A stretch of DNA of 32,000 bases from Sinorhizobium meliloti (GTDB lineage Bacteria > Pseudomonadota > Alphaproteobacteria > Rhizobiales > Rhizobiaceae), in the NCBI RefSeq assembly GCF_017876815.1, contig NZ_JAGIOS010000001.1, positions 3,510,001-3,542,000 of the forward strand. The letters are read 5' to 3'. Both the position numbers and the translations under genes were made by a program. Positions 15,563 to 25,510 of the stretch are shown here, in pieces; the stretch's first letter is position 1; every line of letters begins with the position of its first letter. Under the pieces are notes generated by a model. That model did not search any database. It had not been told where the DNA came from and saw nothing but the letters and a program-made list of their open reading frames with translations.

Positions 15563-18139
15563 TCACACCGCACCCTTTGCTTCCGTCTCCGACGACGCAT
15601 CCGGCTCCGCCGGGTCCTGCGTGCCTCCAAGACGATTGTTTCGGCGATTGAAGAGGATGAGCAGCGGTCCCGCGACATAGATCGAGGACACGGTGCCCAC
15701 AAGCACACCGAATATGAGTGTCGCGCTGAAGGATTGGACGAGACCACTGCCTCCGAACAGATACAGCGCAACGAGAGCAAGGAGCGTCGTCACGGCGGTC
15801 AGGACGGTCCGCGACAGGGTCTGGTTGATCGACGTGTCGATCAGGACAGAGAGCGGCATTCTTCGATAGCGCACCAGATTCTCCCGGACTCGATCATAAA
15901 TCACCATGGTGTCGCTCAGCGAGTAGCACACGATCGTCAGCAGCGCTGCGATGCTGGCGAGATTGAATTCGATGCCGGTCAGAACGAGGAACCCGAGCGT
16001 CAGCAGCACATCGTGCAACGTCGCGACGATGGCTCCGACGGCAAATCGCCGGCCGAACCGAAGCCACACGTAAAGCAGAACGGCCAGCACGGCTGCGGCA
16101 ACGGCGAGCGACCCTGCCCGCGTCAACTCTCCGGAAACACCGGGGCCAACCACCTCGACACGCCGGAAGACATATTGATCCTCAAGTTCGGAGCGAACCA
16201 GCCCGACGGCCGTCTGCTCGGCATTGTCGCCGGCTTCCTGCGACGGGATACGGACGAGAACGTCTCGCGCCGATCCAAGTTCCTCGACTTGAACGTCTCC
16301 GAGGTTCAATTCGTCGAGACGGGCACGGATGTCGGCACCATCGGCGACGCCGGTCCGTGCTCTCAATTCGATGACGGAGCCGCCCCTGAAATCTGCTCCC
16401 ATGTTGAGCCCGAGGCTCGTCAGGAGAACCAGCGAAGCAAGCGACAATGCTGTCATAAGAATAAAGACCGGATTGCGGATCGCCATGAAACGGAAATCCG
16501 CCCGGCTGAAAAATCCGGTCCGAATGCCGCGCGGCAGACGCTGCGGCAGCCGGCGGCGATACCATCCGCGAATAAGGCGGCGTGTCAGGCTGTGCGCCGT
16601 CAGAATGGTGGTGACGCTGCCGATGGCAAGCGTAACCGCAAAACCCCGAATAGCGCCCGACCCAAGATAGAGGAGGATGGCGCCGGCAATGAATATCGTC
16701 AGATTCGCGTCGACGATGCTCCTCAAGACGCGCTCGAATCCGTCGTCCAGCGCCCTTCGCAAGGGTTTGCCGCTGGTGCGCGCTTCTTCCCTGAGCCGCT
16801 CGTAGATGAGCACGTTCGAGTCGACCGCAATTCCGATCGTGAGGATGATCCCGGCAATTCCGGGCAGCGTCAGCGTGGCGCCGGTGACGGACAGGACCGC
16901 GATGATCAGCACGACGTTGACGATGACGGCAATGACGGCCACGACACCGAAGAAGCCGTAGAAGCCAATCATACAGGCTGCTACGGCAATGGCCGCGATC
17001 AGGCCCGCCGTGAGGCCGTTTGCAACGGCGTCAGCCCCGTCCTCGGGACCGACGGTGCGCTCCTCGATGACCGTCAGCGAAACGGGAAGCGGGCCGGCCC
17101 GCATCAGGGCGGCAAGATCGTTCGCCCCGTCCTCCGAGAGATTTCCGGAAATCCGGACGGCATCACCGGAAAGCGCGCCATCCAGAACGGACGTCGAGAT
17201 AACCTGTCCGTCGAGCACGATCGCGAACTGCTTCCGCGGATCCGACTGCAGGAACGGCGCGACCCGCGCGGCAGCCCCGGCTGCAATCCTTGCATTGACG
17301 ACAGGTTCGCTCGTTGCCGGATCGAAGCCCGGCTGTGCCTCGACGAAGTCCGGCGCCGCAGCAAAGGCGCGTCTCTCGACGAGGTAGGGTATCGGCGGAT
17401 CGTCCAGCGAATAGAGGACCTCGGACCCCGCAGGCGGCCTCGTATCGACGGCCTGTTGTGCTGGCATCGAGGAATCCAGCCACTTCAGGGCGACATCTCC
17501 TCGCTGCCCGAGGAGATCCTTCAATCTTTGCGGCTCGTCCAGACCGGGGACCTGCACGCTCAGCCGGTCACCGCCGCGACGCTCTATGATCGGCACGACC
17601 GCGATGACTTCGCCGACACGCCGGCGTACGACCTCGATGGACTGGGCGACGGCATCTGAGACCCTCAGATCTATGCCCTCGTCCGTCAGGCGAAGCCGAA
17701 GCGTGTCGCTGGTCGCGCTTTCCTCGTAGACCAGTTCCTGGATGGAATTCCCGAAAAGCCCGCCCTGTCGAACGGGGGCGACCAACGCCTTCAGCGCGTC
17801 ACGCGCCGCTGGTGCTTTCGTTGCATCGCGGAGACGAAACTGCAGACCCTGCCCGCTTCCGGACAGCCCCGTATAGCGGATATCCGCCTGTCTCAGCGCA
17901 TCGGCGATCGTGTCGATGGTCGATTGCAGGCGCTCCGCGACGATGTCTTCGCGGCTGACCTTGAGGACGATATGGGAACCGCCCCTGAGATCGAGCCCGA
18001 GCGGCACCTGCCGATGCGGCAGCCAGGTCGGCCAGTCCGCGAGCTGCTCTCTGGAAAGGAGATTCGGCAGTGCGAAGGCGAGGCCCGCAAGGACGACCAG
18101 CCAGATGAGAATATTCTTGAACGGCGACAACCTGGGCAT
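15563..18139 (-). CDS. secDF: Fused protein-export membrane protein SecD/SecF
   Basis: 858 aa. N-terminal TM helix, a large periplasmic domain, then two 6-TM blocks (..TLPGIAGIILTIGIAVDSNVLIYERLREE.. and ..SDTMVIYDRVRENL..). Confidence 0.92.
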   Translation of the reverse strand: MPRLSPFKNILIWLVVLAGLAFALPNLLSREQLADWPTWLPHRQVPLGLDLRGGSHIVLKVSREDIVAERLQSTIDTIADALRQADIRYTGLSGSGQGLQFRLRDATKAPAARDALKALVAPVRQGGLFGNSIQELVYEESATSDTLRLRLTDEGIDLRVSDAVAQSIEVVRRRVGEVIAVVPIIERRGGDRLSVQVPGLDEPQRLKDLLGQRGDVALKWLDSSMPAQQAVDTRPPAGSEVLYSLDDPPIPYLVERRAFAAAPDFVEAQPGFDPATSEPVVNARIAAGAAARVAPFLQSDPRKQFAIVLDGQVISTSVLDGALSGDAVRISGNLSEDGANDLAALMRAGPLPVSLTVIEERTVGPEDGADAVANGLTAGLIAAIAVAACMIGFYGFFGVVAVIAVIVNVVLIIAVLSVTGATLTLPGIAGIILTIGIAVDSNVLIYERLREEARTSGKPLRRALDDGFERVLRSIVDANLTIFIAGAILLYLGSGAIRGFAVTLAIGSVTTILTAHSLTRRLIRGWYRRRLPQRLPRGIRTGFFSRADFRFMAIRNPVFILMTALSLASLVLLTSLGLNMGADFRGGSVIELRARTGVADGADIRARLDELNLGDVQVEELGSARDVLVRIPSQEAGDNAEQTAVGLVRSELEDQYVFRRVEVVGPGVSGELTRAGSLAVAAAVLAVLLYVWLRFGRRFAVGAIVATLHDVLLTLGFLVLTGIEFNLASIAALLTIVCYSLSDTMVIYDRVRENLVRYRRMPLSVLIDTSINQTLSRTVLTAVTTLLALVALYLFGGSGLVQSFSATLIFGVLVGTVSSIYVAGPLLILFNRRNNRLGGTQDPAEPDASSETEAKGAV

Positions 18140-18304
18140 ATTTCGAAATGCTCCATCCGCCGGTCTCTGCCGGTCGCGGCCCTTGCCCTAACCACGGTGA
18201 TTTTGGCCTCGCGTCGCTCCAAAATCAAACCGTGATCAATGCCGATCGAAGGCGCGGTATGCGGGCGAAAACCGCGCACGCTTCTTCAAGTACCCGCGCC
18301 GGGG

Positions 18305-18637
18305 TTACTCCTTGACGGGCTCGCCCTTCACACGAACCTCGGAGACGCCGCTGCGCACGACGCGGACCTTGATGCCCTCGGCGATCTCCACTTCGAGCTC
18401 CGTATCGTCGACGACCTTGGTCACCTTGCCGACAATGCCGCCGCCGGTGACGACCTGGTCGCCGCGCCGGATGTTCTTCAGGAGCTCTTCGCGGCGCTTC
18501 ATCTGCGCACGCTGCGGCCGGATGATCAGGAAATACATCACCACGAAGATCAGCAGGAATGGCAGGATGGACATCAGAATGTCGGCGCCGCCGCCCCCAG
18601 GGGCCGCCGTCTGCGCGAAAGCTTCGGTAATAAACAT
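18305..18637 (-). CDS. yajC: Preprotein translocase subunit YajC
   Basis: 110 aa. ILPFLLIFVVMYFLIIRPQRAQMKRREELL..GDQVVTGGGIVGKVTKV is the canonical YajC core. Lies immediately upstream of secDF. Confidence 0.92.
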   Translation of the reverse strand: MFITEAFAQTAAPGGGGADILMSILPFLLIFVVMYFLIIRPQRAQMKRREELLKNIRRGDQVVTGGGIVGKVTKVVDDTELEVEIAEGIKVRVVRSGVSEVRVKGEPVKE

Positions 18638-18975
18638 CGATCACTCCTTGAGTTCAAATTGCGCGCTTGCCCCCGCGGCAAACCTGCCGGAATATAGGCA
18701 AGCCGTCCCGTAACACAAATCGTCGGTACACTTCCCCGTTTCTCCTGCCTCTGGCACAAATTCCGCAGCAGGAGAACCCCCTGGTTGCAGGCTGCCGGTC
18801 TTTTCCAGCGCAAACCGCCGTGCTACCGAGAAAAACGCCGCCGGCGGCAGCTTCAACGGATTCGACCGGAGGATGAACGTCGCGGCGATTCAAGGATTTG
18901 GGTGGGCTGACGCACGCCCGTTATCGCGCGGGTCGGCCGCCCAGTTCGAAATTCAGCCTGCCGGAGATACATGAA

Positions 18976-19851
18976 ATGCCCGAAAGCAAGATCGACGTCC
19001 TGCTCAACGAAATACAGAAGCTTTCGGCCGCGATGGAGCGCATCGCCGGACCGGCATATGCCGTCAACAATTGGCATGAGGCGGAGTGTTTCGTCTGGGC
19101 ACCGGCCACGCGCCACCTGCAGCCCGTCCCGAGGCCGAATCGCATCGACCTCGCGCTCATCGCCGGCGTCGACCATGTCCGCGACATTCTCTTCGACAAC
19201 ACGCTCCGCTTCGCCGAAGGCTATCCGGCGAACAACGTGCTCCTGTGGGGCGCCCGCGGCATGGGCAAATCGTCACTGGTCAAGGCGGTCCACGCAAAGG
19301 TCGCCCACGACACCGGCAGCGCAATCAAGCTTGTCGAAGTACACCGGGAGGATATCGCCACCCTGCCCGTGCTGATGGAAATCCTGAAGGCGGCGCCGAT
19401 GCCCGTGATCGTCTTCTGCGATGATCTCTCCTTCGATCACGACGATACCTCCTACAAGTCGCTGAAGGCGGTTCTCGACGGCGGCGTCGAGGGGCGCCCG
19501 GCAAACGTTCTGCTCTATGCGACGTCCAACCGCAGACACCTGCTTCCCCGCAACATGATGGAAAATGAACAATCCACCGCCATTAACCCCTCGGAGGCCG
19601 TCGAGGAAAAAGTGTCGCTATCCGACCGCTTCGGGCTATGGCTGGGTTTCTACAAGTGCAGCCAGGACGACTATCTGGCGATGGTCGACGGGTATGCGCA
19701 GTACTTCAAATTGCCTCTCGAGCCCGAAGCGCTGCATGCCGAGGCTCTTGAATGGGCGACGACGCGAGGATCGAGGTCCGGCCGCGTCGCCTGGCAATTC
19801 ATTCAGGATCTGGCCGGTCGTCTGCGCAGACAGCTCGACACTCCTGCGTAA
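18976..19851 (+). CDS. AAA-type ATP-binding protein, DUF815 family
   Basis: 291 aa from ATG 18976 (GGAGA 8 nt upstream). Walker A LLWGARGMGKSSLVKA, Walker B VIVFCDDLSF. The ATSNRRHLLP block is typical of DUF815. Confidence 0.8.
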   Translation: MPESKIDVLLNEIQKLSAAMERIAGPAYAVNNWHEAECFVWAPATRHLQPVPRPNRIDLALIAGVDHVRDILFDNTLRFAEGYPANNVLLWGARGMGKSSLVKAVHAKVAHDTGSAIKLVEVHREDIATLPVLMEILKAAPMPVIVFCDDLSFDHDDTSYKSLKAVLDGGVEGRPANVLLYATSNRRHLLPRNMMENEQSTAINPSEAVEEKVSLSDRFGLWLGFYKCSQDDYLAMVDGYAQYFKLPLEPEALHAEALEWATTRGSRSGRVAWQFIQDLAGRLRRQLDTPA

Positions 19852-19883
19852 TAGCACCTGCCGCCAGGTGGCGTGATCGCACA

Positions 19884-19923
19884 AGCGCCGCGCGTCTTGC
19901 CAGACACGCGGCGCTTTCGATTT
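19884..19923 (+). terminator. Intrinsic terminator after the DUF815 ATPase gene
   Basis: AGCGCCGCGCGTCT-TGCC-AGACACGCGGCGCT (14-bp stem with one mismatch) followed by TTCGATTT. It sits between convergent genes. Confidence 0.7.
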
Positions 19924-19955
19924 GCCTACCAGCCGGACACAGCCGGTGCCATGGC

Positions 19956-21494
19956 TTATTCCAGATAGGTCGCAGGGTTGACCGGGGTCGCATTCTTGCG
20001 CACCTCGAAGTGAACTTGTGGCCGGGTCGCTCTGCCTGTCATGCCGGAGGATGCGAGCGTCTGGCCGCGCTGGACTTTCTGACCGCGTTGGACCTTGAGT
20101 TCGGCAGCGTTGCCGTAAACCGTCACCGTACCGTCGTCGTGGCGCACCAGAACGGCATTGCCGAGTTCTTTCAGGCTGCTGCCCGAGTAGATCACGACGC
20201 CGTTCTCGGCTGCCTTGATGGGGGTCCCCTCCGGCACCGAGATGTTGATGCCATCGTTTCGGTTGCCGTCGACATTGGCGCCATAGGCCGCGACGACCGC
20301 GCCACGGACCGGCCAACGGTACTTTCCGATGCCGGTCGATTTCGGAAGATCCTCGTTACCATCCGACCGGATGGCAACCTCCGACACGCTTTCCTTGGCG
20401 GCAGGCGCCTTGGTTTCAGTCAGCTTGCCCTGCTCCGTCGAAGCCGCCTGGGCCTCGTTCTTCTTGGCCGAAACAGAAGCCGTGACCACCGCATCGGTCG
20501 CCGGTGTTTTCGCCGAGGCACTCGGGATGTTGAGTTTTTGCCCGATGCGGATGGCTTCTGTCGAAAGCCCGTTTGCCTGCTTCAGGGCAGCGACCGAAAC
20601 GCCGTTCGCCTTCGCGATACGGTTGAGCGAGTCGCCCGGCTTGACCGTATAGGCACCATTTCCACCGCCCTCGCCGGCGCTGTTGAGCTTGCCCGCCGCG
20701 ACATCGCTGCGGCTTTCGCTCTTTTCACGCGATTGGGACTGGCCGGGGAGGATCGCCACCTCGCGCTGATCGGTCGGCAGCGGAGACGGACGCTTCTTGC
20801 CGCCCTCCACGTCGGCGATCGAACCCGATGCAGCCGCTTTCGCGGCGCTGCCTGCGGTACCGAATGTCGGAATAACGAGGCGTTGGCCCGGCTCTACCTG
20901 GCTTGCCGATTTTAGGCCATTCGCCTTCAGTATCTCCTTCTCGGGGACGCCGAACCGTCTGGCGAGGACCGTAACCGTGTCGCCTTGACGGACCATGATC
21001 GTCGGCGCGTTGGAGGCGCTCCAGCCCCCCTTGCCCGACATATCCTTGGCAGCCCCCGCCAGCGGCTCCGCCTTCGGGAGGGCCGCAGCCTGCGATTCGA
21101 GGGAAGCGGTCTGAACCTGCGGCTGCCGGGATGCGGCCGACGGCTCATCGAGGCTCGTTCGCTGAACGCTCATCGGCGTCGATGCGACACGGGCGCTGGA
21201 TACCGGCGCGGCCGCCGTATTGTAGCCTCCGTTGCCGTCGCCGGAGGGATAGGATTGACCGAGCGCTGCGCTGTTCCCGTAGGAGGGCGCCGCACCGCCG
21301 CTCGCGACATCGCCTCGCGGTACCGTACTCGAGCCCTGCGGGATCGAACCCGTCATTATGTCGTCGGACCGCGAAAAGAGCCCGCCGAAGCGGCTGGCGT
21401 CAGAACTGCAACCGGTCGCTACACCCGCAAGCAGGATCGCCGCACAGAGACGGATCACGGACTTGCCTGCCTGGGGAGATACAAATTTACGCAT
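19956..21494 (-). CDS. LysM-domain M23 family murein endopeptidase lipoprotein (NlpD-like)
   Basis: 512 aa. Lipobox VATGC. Two LysM repeats (VRQGDTVTVLARRFGVPEKEILKANGL and YTVKPGDSLNRIAKANGVSVAALKQANGL). C-terminal M23 signature (GINISVPEGTPI.., HFEVRKNATPVNP). Confidence 0.88.
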   Translation of the reverse strand: MRKFVSPQAGKSVIRLCAAILLAGVATGCSSDASRFGGLFSRSDDIMTGSIPQGSSTVPRGDVASGGAAPSYGNSAALGQSYPSGDGNGGYNTAAAPVSSARVASTPMSVQRTSLDEPSAASRQPQVQTASLESQAAALPKAEPLAGAAKDMSGKGGWSASNAPTIMVRQGDTVTVLARRFGVPEKEILKANGLKSASQVEPGQRLVIPTFGTAGSAAKAAASGSIADVEGGKKRPSPLPTDQREVAILPGQSQSREKSESRSDVAAGKLNSAGEGGGNGAYTVKPGDSLNRIAKANGVSVAALKQANGLSTEAIRIGQKLNIPSASAKTPATDAVVTASVSAKKNEAQAASTEQGKLTETKAPAAKESVSEVAIRSDGNEDLPKSTGIGKYRWPVRGAVVAAYGANVDGNRNDGINISVPEGTPIKAAENGVVIYSGSSLKELGNAVLVRHDDGTVTVYGNAAELKVQRGQKVQRGQTLASSGMTGRATRPQVHFEVRKNATPVNPATYLE

Positions 21495-21630
21495 GACGCT
21501 TTACCCACTCCGAACGCAACTCGCTGTAGAATGATTAAAGCGCATTAGAGTTACCGCCCGGTTAAAGGCGGCACCGTTTTGGCGAAATGCTAACCATAGC
21601 CGCGCCGGAGCGGGCGTTCTCCGGTCATAC

Positions 21631-21817
21631 ATCGGAGGTCTGCAAACTCTCCGCACCTCATCTCTGTGCTTGTCACAGAGATGAGAGCAGCGCCGCGTCT
21701 GCGGCGCGGGGAAGCGTTCTTTCAGCCCAAGGACTTGGCCTGACTGGATCCCTGTGACGAGCACAGGGATGAGGAGATCAAACAAGCCGCGGCGGGTATC
21801 CCGGATCTCAACAGGCC
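21631..21817 (-). repeat. Dispersed ~187-bp three-hairpin intergenic repeat, copy B (inverted relative to copy A)
   Basis: The reverse complement aligns with 11075-11259 at about 90% by eye. It abuts the stop codon (21818-21820) of the upstream hypothetical gene and lies in the NlpD-like promoter region. Confidence 0.85.
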
Positions 21818-22471
21818 CTATAGCAGCTCGGAATAAAGCCGTTCGATTTCGGTCATCGGTCTCGGCTCGGGCGCATCTACCTCATAGCTGATGTTGGACG
21901 CATCCCAGGCGAAAAAGGCGCGCTCTGCCGGCGACATCGTGGTTGTGGCCGGCGAAGGGGCAATCTTGTCTTCCTCGAGAAAGACGCTGACCAGGTTCTC
22001 GAATTCGGCATCCATGTCGAGGCCGCTGTCGGCATCATAATCGAGCGACCGCAGGCCCGCGACCGCCGCTTCGCGCGTCCCGAAATAGCGCAGGCTGTTC
22101 TGATCCTCCGGGCGAAGGCCGTCATAATAGTCGATGAAGGCCCGGTAATATGCCCTGTAGTCACCGGTTTCGGCGAGCCTGCCGAACGCCTGGTGTTCGC
22201 GTGCCGCTAGTTGCGGCGAAAGACGATTGTTCCACTCGTCCTTCGTGAGAGGCGGCAATTTCTCAGGCGTTCTTTTGGCCCGGCCGAGATAGAGCAGCGC
22301 GTCGGCGGAAAGCGAAATGCGCGGTGTCGGATCGACGAAGCCCGTAGGCGGAACCGGCACCCCGCTCTCGCCCTTGTCTGCGGCACCGGTCGGGTCAGCC
22401 GAACGCCCGGCAAGATTGCCCAAGCCGTCGCCTGACGCAGCGGCAGCGTTCAACCTGTTCTCGATCTGCAT
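21818..22471 (-). CDS. Hypothetical acidic cytoplasmic protein (217 aa)
   Basis: ATG 22471 with GGAGA 7 nt upstream (the track start at 22522 is less likely). No signal peptide or recognisable domain. Tyr/Asp-rich core (DYRAYYRAFIDYYDGLRPED). Confidence 0.5.
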   Translation of the reverse strand: MQIENRLNAAAASGDGLGNLAGRSADPTGAADKGESGVPVPPTGFVDPTPRISLSADALLYLGRAKRTPEKLPPLTKDEWNNRLSPQLAAREHQAFGRLAETGDYRAYYRAFIDYYDGLRPEDQNSLRYFGTREAAVAGLRSLDYDADSGLDMDAEFENLVSVFLEEDKIAPSPATTTMSPAERAFFAWDASNISYEVDAPEPRPMTEIERLYSELL

Positions 22472-22642
22472 ATGCCGTCTCCGTCTATCGCACGACGACC
22501 GCGATGCGGAGCAAATGCACACTCCGCGCCATGTTCATGCTGTCCCGGCCTGGATCACGATGATTTCAGGTCGGGTACCTAAAGCGGGAAGCTTGCACGG
22601 GGCTGGAGCGGGTTAAAATTGTCTTAACGCACTCATCCCGCC

Positions 22643-23296
22643 CTAAAGGAACGACGCTACCTGTGGGACGATCGGGAGGTAAGGCGCGTCGAACAGATCT
22701 TCCCGGTCGAAGCGGCTACCGGTACGGTTGACGCGAACGATGCGGCAATGCGTTTCGCTCATCATGATCGGCACCAGCAGGGTGCCGCCCGAAACGAGAT
22801 GATCGGAGAACGTCCGGGGAAGGCTGTTGAATGCGGCGGTAATGAGAATCCGGTCGAAGGTGCCCTCGCCCGGCACTCCTGCGCTGCCATCGGCCTGGCG
22901 GACGACGACGTTGCGCAGGCCCGCCTTCTCCAGGTTTTTCTGCGCCGATGCGACGAGTGTCTGATACCTGTCGATCGTCAGCACGCGCTCGGCGATCCGC
23001 CCCATCACGGCCGCGGTAAAGCCGCTGCCGGTTCCGACCTCGAGTATGCGCTGGCCAGGCTTGAGATTGAGACAGTGCAGGAGCCGGACGGCCATGTCGC
23101 AGCCCTCCATGAAGGAACCGCACTCGAGCGGAATGAGCCGTTTGGAGTAGACCTCGTCCTGGTATTGCGGCGGAGCGAAGAGCGTCCGCGGCGTCTGCTC
23201 CACAGCCTTCAGCAGCTCATGATTGACGATGCCGCCCGAGCGAAGCCGCAGCGCCATCGCTGCAAACCCCTCCTGCTGCGAAATTCGTCCGTTCAA
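22643..23296 (-). CDS. pcm: Protein-L-isoaspartate O-methyltransferase
   Basis: SAM-binding motif [14 protein letters not shown] plus downstream Pcm blocks ([16 protein letters not shown]). The TTG start at 23296 overlaps the surE stop. An alternative ATG lies at 23257. Confidence 0.88.
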   Translation of the reverse strand: MNGRISQQEGFAAMALRLRSGGIVNHELLKAVEQTPRTLFAPPQYQDEVYSKRLIPLECGSFMEGCDMAVRLLHCLNLKPGQRILEVGTGSGFTAAVMGRIAERVLTIDRYQTLVASAQKNLEKAGLRNVVVRQADGSAGVPGEGTFDRILITAAFNSLPRTFSDHLVSGGTLLVPIMMSETHCRIVRVNRTGSRFDREDLFDAPYLPIVPQVASFL

Positions 23297-24063
23297 GCGA
23301 CACTTCCTTCCCGCAATGCCTGCGCGATGCGTTCCTGAGCGGCATGATCGGTCATGTCCAGTTTAAGCGGGGTTACCGAAATCCTGTTGTCGCGGAGAGC
23401 CCTGATGTCGGTGCCTGAACGGAAATCGCCGGCACGCTCGCCGAAACGGAGCCAGAAATAGGGAAAGCCGCGTCCGTCCGTGCGCTCGTCGATGCTGAGA
23501 CCGAATTCGAGCTTGCCCTGCGATGTGACTTCAACGCCCGCAACGGCATCGACGGCGCAGTTCGGAAAGTTCAGGTTGATGAGCGTTCCGTCCGGCAAGT
23601 CGACACCCATCAATGTGCGGATGAGCGCCGGTGCGTGCGTCTCGGCTACATCCCAGGGAACGTCGCGGCCGACGGCATGTTGATAGGCCTGGCTGAGCGC
23701 GATCGAACGAATGCCCTGCAGCGTTCCCTCGATGGCGCCGGCCACCGTTCCGGAATAAGTGACATCGTCAGCAAGATTGGCGCCGACATTGACGCCGGAA
23801 AGGACGAGGTCGGGCTTGCGATCAAGGATCTTCTTGACCGCCATGATCACGCAATCGGTCGGCGTGCCCCGGAGCGCGAACCGCCGTTCGGAAACCGGGC
23901 GCAGACGCAGCGGCTCCGAAAGCGTCAGAGAATGAGCAAGCCCGCTCTGGTCCACTTCCGGCGCCACCACCCAGACGTCGTCCGATATCGTCCGGGCGAT
24001 CCGTTCCAGCACGGAGAGGCCCTCGGCGTGAATGCCATCGTCATTCGTCAGCAGGATGCGCAT
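23293..24063 (-). CDS. surE: 5'/3'-nucleotidase SurE
   Basis: 256 aa. N-terminus [16 protein letters not shown] is the SurE signature. surE-pcm synteny. Confidence 0.93.
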   Translation of the reverse strand: MRILLTNDDGIHAEGLSVLERIARTISDDVWVVAPEVDQSGLAHSLTLSEPLRLRPVSERRFALRGTPTDCVIMAVKKILDRKPDLVLSGVNVGANLADDVTYSGTVAGAIEGTLQGIRSIALSQAYQHAVGRDVPWDVAETHAPALIRTLMGVDLPDGTLINLNFPNCAVDAVAGVEVTSQGKLEFGLSIDERTDGRGFPYFWLRFGERAGDFRSGTDIRALRDNRISVTPLKLDMTDHAAQERIAQALREGSVA

Positions 24064-24090
24064 TGCCGGTCTTCTTCCGCTTCTTCGTGC

Positions 24091-25374
24091 TTAGGCCGAT
24101 TTCTCGATCCGCCGCAGGCCGCCCATATAGGGCACAAGGACGTCCGGCACCGTGATCGAGCCGTCATCATTCAGGTAATTCTCGATCACGGCAATCAGCG
24201 CCCGGCCGAGGGCGACGCCGGATCCGTTGAGCGTGTGGACGAACTTCGTCCCCTTCTCTTCTTTCCCGCGGTAACGTGCGTTCATCCGGCGGGCCTGGAA
24301 ATCGCCGCAGACGGAGCAGGAGGAAATTTCGCGATAGGCGTCCTGGCCCGGCAGCCAGACCTCGAGATCATAGGTCTTGCGCGCGCCGAACCCCATATCG
24401 CCGGTGCAGAGCGTCATGACGCGGTAGTGCAGGCCGAGGCGCTTCAGCACCTCCTCGGCACAAGCGGTCATCCGCTCGTGCTCGTCTATCGAACTTTCGG
24501 CGTCGGTGATCGACACCAGTTCGACCTTGTTGAACTGATGCTGGCGCAACATGCCGCGGGTGTCACGACCTGCGGAACCGGCCTCGGAGCGGAAGCACGG
24601 GGTCAGCGCAGTGAAGCGCAACGGTAGTTTTTCACCGTCGAGAATCTGCTCCCGCACCATGTTCGTCAGCGGGACTTCCGCGGTCGGGATCAGCCAGCGC
24701 CCGTCGGTCGTACGGAAGAGATCGTCGGAGAATTTCGGCAACTGTCCGGTGCCGTACATCGCATCGTCGCGGACGAGCAATGGAGGCTGAACCTCGATGT
24801 AGCCATGCTCCCCGGTGTGCAGATCAAGCATGAACTGGCCGAGTGCCCGCTCGAGGCGTGCAAGCTGGCCCTTCAGGATGGTGAAGCGCGAGCCGGCAAT
24901 CCGGGCCGCTCCTTCGAAGTCCATCAGTCCCAGCGCCTCGCCGATCTCGAAATGCTCGAGAGGCTTGTGGTTCCAGCCGGGCTTGGCGCCGACGACCCGG
25001 GTCACGACATTTGCGCTTTCGTCCGCACCGACGGGCACGTCGGCGAGCGGCGTGTTGGGGATGCGCGACAGCGCATCCGAGAGCTCGGCCTCGATCCGGC
25101 GGCTTTCCTCTTCGGCCGCCGGCAACGCATTCTTGAGGTCGGCGACTTCGGCCTTGAGCCTGTCGGCCAGCTCGCTGTTCTTCTGGGCCATCGCCGCGCC
25201 GATCTCCTTCGACGCAGCATTGCGCCGCGACTGCATGTCCTGCAACGACTGGAGGACTGCGCGGCGGCGTTCGTCAAGTGCGATCAGGGACGCCGACAAT
25301 GGCTCCGCACCCCGTTTCGCCAGGGCTTCATCGAGCGCGTCTGCATTCTCACGGATCCATTTGATATCGAGCAT
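24091..25374 (-). CDS. serS: Seryl-tRNA synthetase
   Basis: 427 aa from ATG 25374 ([14 protein letters not shown]). Coiled-coil N-arm and class II motifs ([37 protein letters not shown]). The track extension to 25656 is Arg-rich and discarded. Confidence 0.92.
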
Positions 25375-25510
25375 AGTCGTTCCACGCGTTGGTTGCTGCA
25401 TGACATCGGAGCCGTTGACGACGAAATCCTGCAGCGATTCAGAATGCCACAGCGCCCCTCGCGCGTCCGAAGAGCGCGGGCGCTGCAGTAACGGCGCAAG
25501 AACTCCGCGG

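Noticed and set aside
15734-17659. 641-aa ORF antisense to secDF.
   Set aside because: Arg/Asp/Gly-rich shadow ORF. The opposite strand encodes a textbook SecDF.
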